Shown here one piece after another: positions 26,934 through 38,805 of a DNA stretch of 64,000 bases. Position 1 is the stretch's first letter. Each line of letters begins with the position of its first letter. The position numbers and the translations under genes were made by a program. The notes under the pieces were generated by a model. That model was not told where the DNA came from. It saw nothing but the letters and a program-made list of their open reading frames with translations, and ran no database searches. Origin of the DNA: Gemmatimonadota bacterium (GTDB lineage Bacteria; Gemmatimonadota; Gemmatimonadetes; Gemmatimonadales; GWC2-71-9); the NCBI GenBank assembly GCA_016720805.1, contig JADKJZ010000014.1, positions 193,772 through 257,771 on the forward strand, in the 5' to 3' direction.

Positions 26934-27838
26934 GCGCGCCAGTCGGCACCGTCCTCGCCCGGGAAGGTGGCAGCTATCGGCTCCTCCTCGATGGTCGCGA
27001 ATATGTCGCCATCCTCCGCGGCAAGGCGAAGCGTGCGGAGGACCGCGCGATCGCCGGTGACACCGTCACCATCGATCCGACCACCCTCAATGAAGAGACC
27101 CTCGCGATCACCGGGGTCGAGCCGCGGCGCTCGTTGCTCGCGCGCCGAGTGCCGGACGGACGCGGGACGCGACCGGTGGCGGCGAACGTCGATCAGGTGG
27201 TCGTGGTCATCGCTGCAGCCGACCCCGATCCGATTCCGCAGTTGATGGATCGACTGCTGGTCGTGGCCGAGGCCAATGAGATCCCCTGCTGGGTCGTCGT
27301 CAACAAGACCGACCTCGGATCGGCCGCCCCGATCGAGGCCCACCTTCGGGCGTCGGGGTATCGCGTGTTGCCCACGGCGGCGCGAGCGGGGGAAGGGGTC
27401 GAGGAACTGCGCGCGGCGCTCTTCGGACGGACGTCGGTCCTCACCGGGCCGAGCGGCGCGGGGAAGTCGTCGTTGCTGAATGCGCTGGAGCCCGGGCTCG
27501 GCCTGCGCGTCGGTGCCGTCTCGGCCAAGGTCGGTCGCGGCACCCACACCACCGTCACGGCCACGATGATCCCGATGGCCGGGGGCGGCTTCGTGGTCGA
27601 CACGCCGGGCTTCAGTGAAGTGGGGGTCTGGGACCTGGCGCGCGGCGAACTCGACTCCTGCTTTCCGGAGTTCCGCGAGTACGTCGGCAGCTGCAAATAC
27701 GGCGACTGCCTCCACCGCATCGAACCCGGCTGCGCCATCCGTGCCGCCGTGGCGCGCGGCGACATTCCTGCCGCCCGCCACGATTCCTACCTCGCCATTC
27801 TCGCCGAACTCGAGGCACTCCCCGAGTCCTGGGAGTAG
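26930..27838 (+). CDS. rsgA: Ribosome small-subunit-dependent GTPase A
   Basis: VVNKTDL, GPSGAGKSSLLNAL, and Zn motif CKYGDCLHRIEPGC. Confidence 0.9.
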   Translation: MSAPVGTVLAREGGSYRLLLDGREYVAILRGKAKRAEDRAIAGDTVTIDPTTLNEETLAITGVEPRRSLLARRVPDGRGTRPVAANVDQVVVVIAAADPDPIPQLMDRLLVVAEANEIPCWVVVNKTDLGSAAPIEAHLRASGYRVLPTAARAGEGVEELRAALFGRTSVLTGPSGAGKSSLLNALEPGLGLRVGAVSAKVGRGTHTTVTATMIPMAGGGFVVDTPGFSEVGVWDLARGELDSCFPEFREYVGSCKYGDCLHRIEPGCAIRAAVARGDIPAARHDSYLAILAELEALPESWE

Positions 27839-27841
27839 CAG

Positions 27842-29128
27842 CTACTTCGGCGCGAGGGCCGCGCCGCGGCGGCAGTCCGCCACCCCATCGAGTCCCGCCT
27901 CCGAACAGAGCGCCTCGCGCTTCGGGACGTCGGTCGGGAAGAGCACCACGATCTGCTCCCCCACCGCCACGAAGCACTGCGTCCGGTTCTTCCCGGGCGG
28001 CACGTCCTTGCAGAAGGCGATGCCATCTGCCGGCCTCGCCGTCACATCGATGTAGTTCTTCACCACACCGACGAAGCAGTACGGCTGGTAGGCCGGGTCA
28101 CCATTGGTGCAGTAGGCGATCGCCTTGGAGTTCTTCTGCACCGCCATCCCGCTCGCGTTGGTGCCCAGACTTTGATAACAGTAGGAACGCCACTGACTGC
28201 CGACCTTGTCGCACGCGGCGGTGGCGAGCCCGAATCGCCCGCCGGTGTTCGCCAGGATGATGCCGCCCTGCAGCTGATAGCAGGCGCTCCGGTACTTCGG
28301 CTCGGTCGCCGAGCAGGGATAGAGCGCGTCGGTGGAATCGCGCATCTTGAAGGTGATCGCGGCCACCGAAGGCGCATGCTTCATCCCCGGCATGTCCCCA
28401 TGGGCGGAGTGGTCGACCTTGGCGTTCGCCTCGCTCGCCTTCTCAAGTGCGCGCACCGAAACGTGATGGTGGCCGCCACTCATCGACGCGATCGCGTTCT
28501 CCATGAAGGCCCCACCATAGCAGGCCTGCCGATCCCAACCGTTGGCCAGCCAATCACACCGCGTGAGCGCGGCGGGCAGCTCCCAGTTGAGCGCCATCTC
28601 GAAGCCGTGCCCGAGGCCGTGGACGCACTGGAAGCGGAGCCAGAGATCCTTCACGTCCGACGCGATCGCGTCGCAGATCGTCACCGCCTTGACCGAGTCG
28701 AGTGAGCCCTCGGCGGTCAGGTAGGACTGGATCACACCGTGGTAGCAGCCGGACTGGTAGAGGCCATTGCAGCCGCGGAAGACCTTCGCCACGTCATCAC
28801 CGGGCTGCCATGCGCGGATCCCGATCACGTGCGTGTAGCCGTGGCCTTCGCGTTCGACATCCTCATGGCCCTTGCCGAGTTGCGCCAGCGCGCCCAGCGC
28901 CATGCCGGTGCGGCCATTGGCCGCCAGCCCGACGAAGAAGTCCTCCAGGCAGGTGCGGCGCACTTCGGTCGAGTCCGACTGGCACTGACGATGGGCGAGT
29001 GTCGCCAGGCCGGTGCTATCCCCGCGAGTCGCGAGGGTATCGATGGTGGCACTGAGCGCCGTCGGGCTGAGTGGCGGCTTCTGGGCCGCGCAGGCCGCAC
29101 CGATCAGGCACGCGACCAGCGCCAGCAT
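27842..29128 (-). CDS. Cys-rich repeat lipoprotein with His/Met-rich insert, unknown function
   Basis: Start moved to ATG 29128 (MLALVACLIGAAC lipobox). About seven C-[YFV]-x-G-like repeats. Contains GGHHHVS ... HSAHGDMPGMKH. Confidence 0.6.
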   Translation of the reverse strand: MLALVACLIGAACAAQKPPLSPTALSATIDTLATRGDSTGLATLAHRQCQSDSTEVRRTCLEDFFVGLAANGRTGMALGALAQLGKGHEDVEREGHGYTHVIGIRAWQPGDDVAKVFRGCNGLYQSGCYHGVIQSYLTAEGSLDSVKAVTICDAIASDVKDLWLRFQCVHGLGHGFEMALNWELPAALTRCDWLANGWDRQACYGGAFMENAIASMSGGHHHVSVRALEKASEANAKVDHSAHGDMPGMKHAPSVAAITFKMRDSTDALYPCSATEPKYRSACYQLQGGIILANTGGRFGLATAACDKVGSQWRSYCYQSLGTNASGMAVQKNSKAIAYCTNGDPAYQPYCFVGVVKNYIDVTARPADGIAFCKDVPPGKNRTQCFVAVGEQIVVLFPTDVPKREALCSEAGLDGVADCRRGAALAPK

Positions 29129-29147
29129 TGGGGTCCACACTGCTCGG

Positions 29148-29168
29148 CTCTCGCTTCTCGCTTCTCGC
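29148..29168. repeat. Period-7 tract: CTCTCGC, 2x TTCTCGC
   Basis: Read directly, in the 41-nt gap between the lipoprotein start and the mazG stop. Confidence 0.8.
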
Positions 29169-29169
29169 G

Positions 29170-29505
29170 TCACGTTGCCTGCTCCTCGTTGGTCTTCTTT
29201 GTCCATCGATCGGCATCCCGCGTCTCCACCTTCGCCATCATCGCGTCGAACGCCGCCTGCAGATCGATCCCCTCGCGGTTCGCCATGCAGATCAGCACGA
29301 AGAGGATGTCGGCCATCTCCATGCCAAGGTTGCCCTCCGCCTCCTCGGGCTTCTTGGTCTTCTGGCCGAAGCGGTGGTTCACCTCGCGCGCCAGCTCGCC
29401 CACCTCTTCGCTGAGGCGCGCCATGTTGGTCAGCGGATGGAAGTAGCCCTCCTCGAACTGGGCGATCCAGGCGTCGACGCGCCGTTGGGAGTCGGTCAGG
29501 GACAT
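29170..29505 (-). CDS. mazG: MazG-family nucleotide pyrophosphohydrolase (small)
   Basis: Start moved to ATG 29505. EEVGELAREV and EMADILFVLI motifs. Confidence 0.8.
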   Translation of the reverse strand: MSLTDSQRRVDAWIAQFEEGYFHPLTNMARLSEEVGELAREVNHRFGQKTKKPEEAEGNLGMEMADILFVLICMANREGIDLQAAFDAMMAKVETRDADRWTKKTNEEQAT

Positions 29506-29508
29506 GGA

Positions 29509-29668
29509 TGGTGGGGGTGAGGGGAAGACGGCGAACAGCGAACGGCGAACGGGGGGAAACGTACCCGCGGAAGGGGTGAGGCGAAACGCGTTGCGTCCCA
29601 ACTCCCGTTCACCGGTCACTGGTCACTGGTCACTGGTCACCCCTCACCCCTCACCCCTCACCCCTCAC
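29509..29668. repeat. Period-7 arrays in a divergent gap. Left: GGGGTGA, GGCGAAC-type. Right: CGTTCAC, CGGTCAC, 3x TGGTCAC, 4x CCCTCAC
   Basis: Left tract 29509-29557, right tract 29606-29668. The centre contains the palindrome AACGCGTT (29584-29591). Confidence 0.9.
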
Positions 29669-29717
29669 CTATACTTCCCCCGCCAAACCAACCCGCCGTC
29701 CCCAACGGAGACCCTTG

Positions 29718-29966
29718 ATGCGTTCTCGGGATCGAATTCTCAACAACCTCGAGCAGATCTACCGCGAGTCGTACGACTTCGCCAAGGGTGCCGAGGCGAC
29801 CACCCGGATGGCCGACCTCGACAACGCCTACATGCGCGACCAGCTGATGCTCGAGATCCTCCTCGACATCCGCGACCTCTTTGCCGTGACCCCGGCCGCC
29901 CCGACGACCTCCGGCCAGACCGCCCTGGAGAAACTGGCCGCGCTGAAACGGCTGGCGGGACGGTAG
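29718..29966 (+). CDS. Small hypothetical protein (82 aa)
   Basis: ATG 29718. GC3-rich codons. Predicted helical. Lies upstream of the E1 gene. Confidence 0.55.
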   Translation: MRSRDRILNNLEQIYRESYDFAKGAEATTRMADLDNAYMRDQLMLEILLDIRDLFAVTPAAPTTSGQTALEKLAALKRLAGR

Positions 29967-30036
29967 CGACCAGGCGGCGACCGCGAACGGGTCGCGGTTG
30001 CCGGCCGCCTTTCAGCAGCGACGATCTTTCCCCCCC

Positions 30037-32154
30037 ATGGCTACTCGAACCCCTGCCCGCTCGCGGTCCGCCACCAAGCTCGACAAGGCCGACCTGCTTG
30101 AGTTCTACCGGTTGATGCTCCTCTCCCGGCGGCTCGACGACAAGGAAATCCAGCTCAAGCGCCAGAATCGGATCTTCTTCCAGATCTCCGGCGCCGGGCA
30201 CGAAGCGGTCCTGGTGGCGGCGGCGAAGGTGTTCCGCGCCGCCCACGACTGGTTCTACCTCTACTACCGCGACCGCGCCTTCTGCCTCGGCCTCGGCATG
30301 ACCGCCACCGAGCAGCTCCTCTCGGCCGTCGCGGCCGCCGAGGACCCGAACTCCGGTGGCCGGCAGATGCCGTCGCACTGGGGGCACAAGGAGCTCAACA
30401 TCGTCTCGACCTCCTCGCCGACCGGGACCCAGTTCCTGCAGGCGGTGGGCGCGGCCGAGACCTGGCTCCGCGCCTCCGCCGACGAGCGGCTGAGCGAGCT
30501 GACCCGCGGCGATGAGGTGGTCCTCTGCACCACCGGCGACGGCACCACCAGCGAGGGTGAGTTCTGGGAAGCGATGAATTCCGCGTGCAACCTCAAGTTG
30601 CCGGTGGTCTTCCTGGTCGAGGACAACGGCTACGCGATCTCCGTCCCGGTCTCGGTGCAGACCGCCGGCGGGTCGATCTCGAAGCTCTTTGCCTCCTTCC
30701 CGAACCTCTTGATCGTCGAGGTCGACGGCTGCGATCCGGTGGCCTCCCATGAGGCGATGCAGAAGGCGCACGACTACTGCCGTCAGCGGAAGGGGCCGGC
30801 GCTCGTCCATGCCCACGTCATCCGCCCCTACTCGCATTCGCTCTCGGACGATGAGGTCCACTACCGGACCACCGCCGAGCGTGAGGCTGATGCGCTCCGC
30901 GATCCAGTGGTCGTCTTCCCGCGGCAGCTGGTCGAACAGGGCGTGGCGACCGAAGCGGAATTGGCGCTGATTCAGCAGCAGATCGAGGAAGAGGTCACCA
31001 TCGCGACCGACATCGCGCTGGCCGCGCCGCAGCCGGCGCTGAACACCATCTACGACTACGTCTACTCGCCCGACGTCGATCCGACGGCCGAACAGTTCGA
31101 CACCGAAGACGATCCGCAGACCAGCGGCGACCCCACCACGATGGTCGACCTCCTCAACAGCTGCCTCAAGGACGAGATGACCCGCGATCCGCGGATCCTC
31201 GTCTTCGGCGAGGACGTTGCCGATGCCTCGAAGCCCGAGGCCCTCGGGGACGTGAAGGGGAAGGGCGGTGTCTTCAAGGTGACCTGGGGGCTGCAGAAGC
31301 TCTTCGGCTCGGACCGCGTCTACAACTCACCGCTCGCCGAGGCCAACATCGTCGGCCGCGCGATCGGCCTGGCCACGCGCGGGATGAAGCCGGTGGTCGA
31401 GATCCAGTTCTTCGACTACATCTGGCCCGCCTACATGCAGATCCGCGACGAACTCGCGCTGATGCGCTGGCGCTCCAACAACGCCTTCGCCTCGCCGGTC
31501 GTGATCCGCGTGACGTACGGCGGCTACCTCAAGGGTGGCGCGGTGTACCACTCGCAGACCGGCGCGGCGATCTTCACCGGCGTCCCCGGCCTCCGTGTGA
31601 TCTGCCCGAGCACCGCGCTCGATGCCAACGGACTCCTCCGGACGGCGATCCGTTGCGAAGACCCGGTGCTCTTCCTCGAGCACAAGCACCTCTACCGGCA
31701 GGCCTACAACAAGGGCGCCTACCCGGGCCCGAACTTCATGATTCCGTTCGGCAAGGCGAACGTGGTCAAGGAAGGCAGCGACGCCACGCTGATCACCTAC
31801 GGCGCCGTGGTCCAGCGCGCCGTGCAGGCCGCCAAGGACCTCGAGGAGGCCACCGGGCAGCGCGTCGAGGTGATCGACCTCCGCTCGCTCAATCCGGTCG
31901 ACTGGGACACCATCGCCGCCTCGGTCAAGAAGACCTCGCGCGTGATCGTCGCCTACGAGGATTCGCTCTCGTGGGGCTATGGCTCGGAGATCGCCGCGAA
32001 GATCGCCGACGAGATGTTCGAATGGCTCGATGCCCCGGTCCGCCGCGTCGCCGCGACCGACACCTTCGTCGCCTACGCGCCGGAGCTGGAAGACGTGATC
32101 CTGCCGCAGGTGGAGAGCTTGGGGAAGGCGATGCGGGAGATTCTGGCTTATTGA
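30037..32154 (+). CDS. 2-oxoacid (branched-chain/pyruvate type) dehydrogenase E1 component, fused alpha and beta subunits
   Basis: ATG 30037. E1-alpha ThDP region ([15 protein letters not shown]) followed by E1-beta transketolase-like region ([17 protein letters not shown]) in one 705-aa chain. Confidence 0.9.
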   Translation: MATRTPARSRSATKLDKADLLEFYRLMLLSRRLDDKEIQLKRQNRIFFQISGAGHEAVLVAAAKVFRAAHDWFYLYYRDRAFCLGLGMTATEQLLSAVAAAEDPNSGGRQMPSHWGHKELNIVSTSSPTGTQFLQAVGAAETWLRASADERLSELTRGDEVVLCTTGDGTTSEGEFWEAMNSACNLKLPVVFLVEDNGYAISVPVSVQTAGGSISKLFASFPNLLIVEVDGCDPVASHEAMQKAHDYCRQRKGPALVHAHVIRPYSHSLSDDEVHYRTTAEREADALRDPVVVFPRQLVEQGVATEAELALIQQQIEEEVTIATDIALAAPQPALNTIYDYVYSPDVDPTAEQFDTEDDPQTSGDPTTMVDLLNSCLKDEMTRDPRILVFGEDVADASKPEALGDVKGKGGVFKVTWGLQKLFGSDRVYNSPLAEANIVGRAIGLATRGMKPVVEIQFFDYIWPAYMQIRDELALMRWRSNNAFASPVVIRVTYGGYLKGGAVYHSQTGAAIFTGVPGLRVICPSTALDANGLLRTAIRCEDPVLFLEHKHLYRQAYNKGAYPGPNFMIPFGKANVVKEGSDATLITYGAVVQRAVQAAKDLEEATGQRVEVIDLRSLNPVDWDTIAASVKKTSRVIVAYEDSLSWGYGSEIAAKIADEMFEWLDAPVRRVAATDTFVAYAPELEDVILPQVESLGKAMREILAY

Positions 32155-32156
32155 GG

Positions 32157-32295
32157 TCGTTAGTCGTTAGTCGTTAGTCGTTAGAAGTGGCATCATAAAG
32201 AGGCCGGCCTCCCAGTTGGGAAGCCGGCCTCTGTCTCTAACGACCAACGCCTAACGACTAACGACTAACGACTAACGACTAACGACTAACGACTA
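32157..32295. repeat. Composite palindromic element: 4x TCGTTAG, hairpin AGAGGCCGG...CCGGCCTCT, 8x CTAACGA-type
   Basis: Left array 32157-32184, hairpin 32199-32232, right array 32237-32292 plus CTA. Lies between the convergent E1 and kinase genes. Confidence 0.9.
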
Positions 32296-34269
32296 CAACC
32301 CCTTCACCTCCGCCGCCGCGCTGATCGCATCGTCGATATCCCGCGTGATCGCGCGCGCCTGCTGGGTCGCCTGCGCCAGGTGGTCGCTCATCGCGCCGAC
32401 GCCGCGCTCCTTGATGCGCAGCAACTCGAGCCGAAGCCCCTGCATCATCAGCACGCTGCTCTCCAGCTTGTCGGTGATCTCGGTGCGCCGGTTCTGCAGG
32501 TCGAGGCATGCCTTCAACTGGCGGTCGAGCATCGCCTGCTGCCGGTCGCGCTCCTCGCTTTCCGGTCGCGACTTGATCTCGGCGAGCCGTGCCTCGATGG
32601 TCACGACATCCTGCACGCCGACCCGATCCATGTCGTTGAGGGTGCGCGCCAACTGCCCGGCGCGGTCATGGAGCCCATCGATGGTCTGGATCATCTCGGG
32701 GAACATCGAGCGGTCGGTGTCGGTCAGCGAGCCCCACAGCGAGATGATCGCGCTGCGGTCGCCATAGACCTGCTGCATCTTCGGCAGCCACGGCCCATAC
32801 TCCTCGGCCTTCGGCGCCGCGACCTGCCGGATCCCCTTGAGCGCCTTCGCCTGGCTCGCCGGAATGGCATCGGGGGCGTCGGGACGATTGAGCACGTCGC
32901 GCCAGGAATACCCCGCCTGCCACAGCTCGGAGTAACGCTTGAAGAGGCCGATCGACATCCCGCCGGCGACGAAGAGGAACCACGGCCCATCGAGGCCGGT
33001 CGCCACGTTGATCATGAAGCAGCCACCGACCACCGCGGCGAACTTGGCGAACTCCGCCCGCGCCTGGCGCACCAGCTTCGGCTCGCCCGTTTCGGGAAGC
33101 GCCGGCTCGTTGTTCTTGAGTCCGCGGCGCACCGCGCGCCCCTGCTCACGCGCCACCCGCCCGGCGTCGCGGAGACCGCCGACATCGCGCGCGGTCGGGC
33201 GGCCGGGGAGGTTGTTCCGATTGCCGGCCGCGTCGCCCAGCGGTGCCCGGGTCGGCCGCGCCGTCCCCCGGTCGCCAAGCGGGGGACGCGCCAGCGGGCG
33301 CGGCGACGGGCGGGTCGGATTCCCGGCGCGGTTGGGCGAGGCGGTCCGGTTCGGCGCCGCGGCACGCTCGGCCGCGCGCATGCCGAGGCCGGTCGGCCGA
33401 TAGCCCGCCACCGAGCGGCTCTCCAGCGCCCGACGCAGCGCCTCGGCCGAGGCCCAGCGGTTCTCCGGGTCCTTCTCGAGGCAACGGGCCACGGCCAACG
33501 AGAGGTCCTCCGGGATGTCCGGATACTTCTCGTGCAGCAGCGGCGCGACCTCGGTGATGTGCTTCATCAGGATGCCAGCCACCGTCGGGGCGTTGAACGG
33601 CAACTCCCCCGACAACATCTGATAGGCGACGACGCCGACCGAATAGAGGTCGCTCCGGCCGTCGATCTCTCGCTCGCCGGCGGCCTGCTCGGGGCTCATG
33701 TACGACGGTGTGCCGATGGCCATCCCCGCGGAGGTCAGCGTGGCGCTGCTGGTCGACGACATCGCCTTGGCAATGCCGAAGTCCGTCACCATCACGCGGC
33801 CGCGGGTCCCTTCGAGCAGGATGTTGTCCGGCTTGATGTCGCGATGGATGATCGACAGCGCGTGTGCGGCCGAGAGTGCGTCGGCCGTCTCACGCATGAT
33901 CCGGCGCGTCTCCTCGGCAGGGACGCGTCCACGCCGACGGATGCGGGCCGCGAGCGACTCGCCCTCGATCAGTCCCATCACGAAATAGACGATGCCCTTC
34001 CCCTGGCCGACGTCGTGGATGGGGACGATGTGCGGATGGGCCAGCTTGGCGGCCGTCTGCGCCTCGCGCGTGAACCGCTCGCGGATCTCGCTCGAGAACG
34101 CCAGCTCCGGCGGGAGCGCCTTGATCGCCACCCGTCGTTGCAGTCGTTCGTCCCGCGCACGGTACACCACCCCCATGCCGCCGCGACCGATCTCTCCCTC
34201 GATCGTATAGGCATCGCCGAGCGCCTCCTTCAGGAGGGCCGGCAGAGGATGCGGTGTGGGATCGGTCAT
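32293..34269 (-). CDS. Ser/Thr protein kinase with TM segment and C-terminal coiled-coil domain
   Basis: GRGGMGVVY, VAIK, HRDIKPDN, DFGIA and SPEQ. Hydrophobic FAAVVGGCFMINVATGLDGPWFLFVAGGMSIGLF, then about 200 aa of helical sequence. Confidence 0.9.
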   Translation of the reverse strand: MTDPTPHPLPALLKEALGDAYTIEGEIGRGGMGVVYRARDERLQRRVAIKALPPELAFSSEIRERFTREAQTAAKLAHPHIVPIHDVGQGKGIVYFVMGLIEGESLAARIRRRGRVPAEETRRIMRETADALSAAHALSIIHRDIKPDNILLEGTRGRVMVTDFGIAKAMSSTSSATLTSAGMAIGTPSYMSPEQAAGEREIDGRSDLYSVGVVAYQMLSGELPFNAPTVAGILMKHITEVAPLLHEKYPDIPEDLSLAVARCLEKDPENRWASAEALRRALESRSVAGYRPTGLGMRAAERAAAPNRTASPNRAGNPTRPSPRPLARPPLGDRGTARPTRAPLGDAAGNRNNLPGRPTARDVGGLRDAGRVAREQGRAVRRGLKNNEPALPETGEPKLVRQARAEFAKFAAVVGGCFMINVATGLDGPWFLFVAGGMSIGLFKRYSELWQAGYSWRDVLNRPDAPDAIPASQAKALKGIRQVAAPKAEEYGPWLPKMQQVYGDRSAIISLWGSLTDTDRSMFPEMIQTIDGLHDRAGQLARTLNDMDRVGVQDVVTIEARLAEIKSRPESEERDRQQAMLDRQLKACLDLQNRRTEITDKLESSVLMMQGLRLELLRIKERGVGAMSDHLAQATQQARAITRDIDDAISAAAEVKGL

Positions 34270-34572
34270 TCAGGATCCGGGCGGCGGGACAATGACAGTC
34301 GCGATACGGGACGCTAACCCCGGAATTTGTACCGAGATGCACCTGCGAGCAACGTGCCGAGCCGCACCTGCCGTCGCGACAGGAAGTGAAGTTTCCTCCC
34401 TGAAACGTTTGTGCCCCTCTGGCGGACCCCTCCGGGACCCATCGGCCAGCTCGGCAGGTATCTTGGGAGCAGGGCTGGCACGGCGGATGCCCCTTGCCTC
34501 CCCATCGCGCCGTGGACCGGTGCACCGCCCCCCTGCGGTCCCGTCCAGGCGCTGTGTCTCAAGGAGAACCTC

Positions 34573-37080
<2,508 letters not shown>

Positions 37081-37190
37081 TCGTTAGTCGTTAGTCGTTG
37101 GTCGTTAGGCACCTACTCGAAAGGCCGGTCTCCTTGCATGGAGGCCGGCCTTTCTCTAACGCCTAACGCCTAACGCCTAACGACCAACGA
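37081..37190. repeat. Composite palindromic element: 4x TCGTTAG-type, hairpin AAAGGCCGG...CCGGCCTTT, 3x CTAACGC + CTAACGA + CCAACGA
   Basis: Left array 37081-37108, hairpin 37120-37153, right array 37156-37190. Lies between convergent lon and the GGDEF gene. Confidence 0.9.
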
Positions 37191-37194
37191 CCCT

Positions 37195-38805
37195 TCACCC
37201 CATCTCCACCCTGTTCCGCCCCGAACTCTTCGCCCGATACAGCGCTTGATCCGCCGCTTCGGCCACCTGCGTGGCCGTCGTGCCCGAGCCGGGAAAGGCG
37301 CCGACGCCGGCGGAGACGTGCAGCGGGATCGGGTCGCAGCCGGGGAGGATGATCGGCGATTCGGCCAGCGCCTGTCGCAGCTTCTCGGCGGCGGCACGGC
37401 CATTCGCCGGTGGACACTTGCGCAGGATGATGCCGAATTCCTCGCCGCCATAGCGGCCGAGGAGATCGGAGCCGCGGATTGCCTTCCGGAACACCCGCGC
37501 CACGTGCACCAGCACCTGGTCGCCGACCAGGTGGCCGTAGGTGTCGTTGATCCGCTTGAAGTGGTCGAGGTCGAGCATCAGGAAGCAGAGCGGCTCGCCA
37601 TGACGCTGCGCGAAGGCGACCGCATACTCGAGCTCGGCCATCAACGTCGCGTGGTTCAGGATGCCGGTGAGGCCGTCGCGGTGCACCAGTTCGCGGATCC
37701 GCCGGCCACGCTCCGTGCGCGTGAGGACCAGCTGCAACAAGTGGCTCCGCTCGACCGGCTTCGCGAGGAAGTCGTCGCCCCCGGCACGCAGCCCTTCCAT
37801 CTGATCGGCGAGCGAGTCGCGCGCGGTCAGAAAGACGATCGGCACCAGCGCGAGTCGCGGGTCCTGCCGCATCAGTCGCGAGAGCGCGTAGCCGTCGACA
37901 TCGGGCAGATCGACATCGAGCAGCACGAGGTCCGGGGTCTCATGGGCCAACGCGTCCCGCGCAACCTGGGCCGACGCTGCCGTGGTGACGCGCGCATTCA
38001 TCTGGCCGAGCCAGGTGGCGACGAGCTGCGATTGCGCTGGATCGTCTTCGACCACGAGAATGTTGGCCGGCGGCGCGCCGATTTGGGCCAGGGCCCGCGC
38101 GTACTGCGCCAACCCCCTCGGCAGGGCGTTGGAGCCGAAGACCGCGTCGAGCCCGGCCGCCGCCGTGCGCAGGCGGTCGAACTGGTCGGTCGGGTCGGCC
38201 AGGACCACGGCACGCGGACGATCGTTGGTCGCCGCGGACCAGTAGCGCGCCAGCGAGAGCGGGTCGGTGTCGGCGTCGGTGCCGATCACCACCAGGTCAG
38301 GGCGCTCCGCCGGCGGCACGTCGAACGGATCGACTTCACCGGTCCGGACCGTCACCATGAAGCCGACCTCTTCGAGCGATCGCACCAGGGCATCGCGAGC
38401 CGTCGAGGGAGTCATCATCAGCAGCGCACGCCACCCGAACCCCGGAATCTTGCCGAGGACGGCCGGCAGCCCGACGTCGGTTGCCGCGTTGTTGAAGGCG
38501 TCCTCGAGATCGCGGATCGCCTGCGAAAAAATGTCGGCCTCGCGAATCGTCGGCGCCGGCGGGGTGAGGATCCGATGCTCCATGGCGCGTGACACATCGG
38601 TCACCCGCTGGAAGCCATACGATCCGCCCGAGCCGGCGAGACGATGGAAGCGCTGCCGCAACGACTCCAGTGCGTCCGGCTCGCCCGCCCGAAAGGCCGC
38701 CAGGTCCTTGCGGAGCTCCGCCAGGCGCGCGGGGGCCTCGCGGATGTACTCGTGCTGCAACTCCAGCATCGGATCGTCGGCGTCCAGTGGCAGCGTATCA
38801 GTCAT
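37195..38805 (-). CDS. Hpt - degenerate receiver - receiver - GGDEF diguanylate cyclase
   Basis: Start moved to ATG 38805. HRLAGSGGSYGF (Hpt His). LLDVDLPDVDG ... FLTA ... KP (REC). RYGGEEFGIIL (active GGEEF). Confidence 0.85.
   Translation of the reverse strand: MTDTLPLDADDPMLELQHEYIREAPARLAELRKDLAAFRAGEPDALESLRQRFHRLAGSGGSYGFQRVTDVSRAMEHRILTPPAPTIREADIFSQAIRDLEDAFNNAATDVGLPAVLGKIPGFGWRALLMMTPSTARDALVRSLEEVGFMVTVRTGEVDPFDVPPAERPDLVVIGTDADTDPLSLARYWSAATNDRPRAVVLADPTDQFDRLRTAAAGLDAVFGSNALPRGLAQYARALAQIGAPPANILVVEDDPAQSQLVATWLGQMNARVTTAASAQVARDALAHETPDLVLLDVDLPDVDGYALSRLMRQDPRLALVPIVFLTARDSLADQMEGLRAGGDDFLAKPVERSHLLQLVLTRTERGRRIRELVHRDGLTGILNHATLMAELEYAVAFAQRHGEPLCFLMLDLDHFKRINDTYGHLVGDQVLVHVARVFRKAIRGSDLLGRYGGEEFGIILRKCPPANGRAAAEKLRQALAESPIILPGCDPIPLHVSAGVGAFPGSGTTATQVAEAADQALYRAKSSGRNRVEMG

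Noticed and set aside
34270-34572. Heat-shock (sigma-32-like or CIRCE) control element upstream of lon.
   Set aside because: A CCCCAT is present near 34502, but there is no suitably spaced CTTGAA-like -35 box and no CIRCE inverted repeat. The evidence is not convincing by eye.
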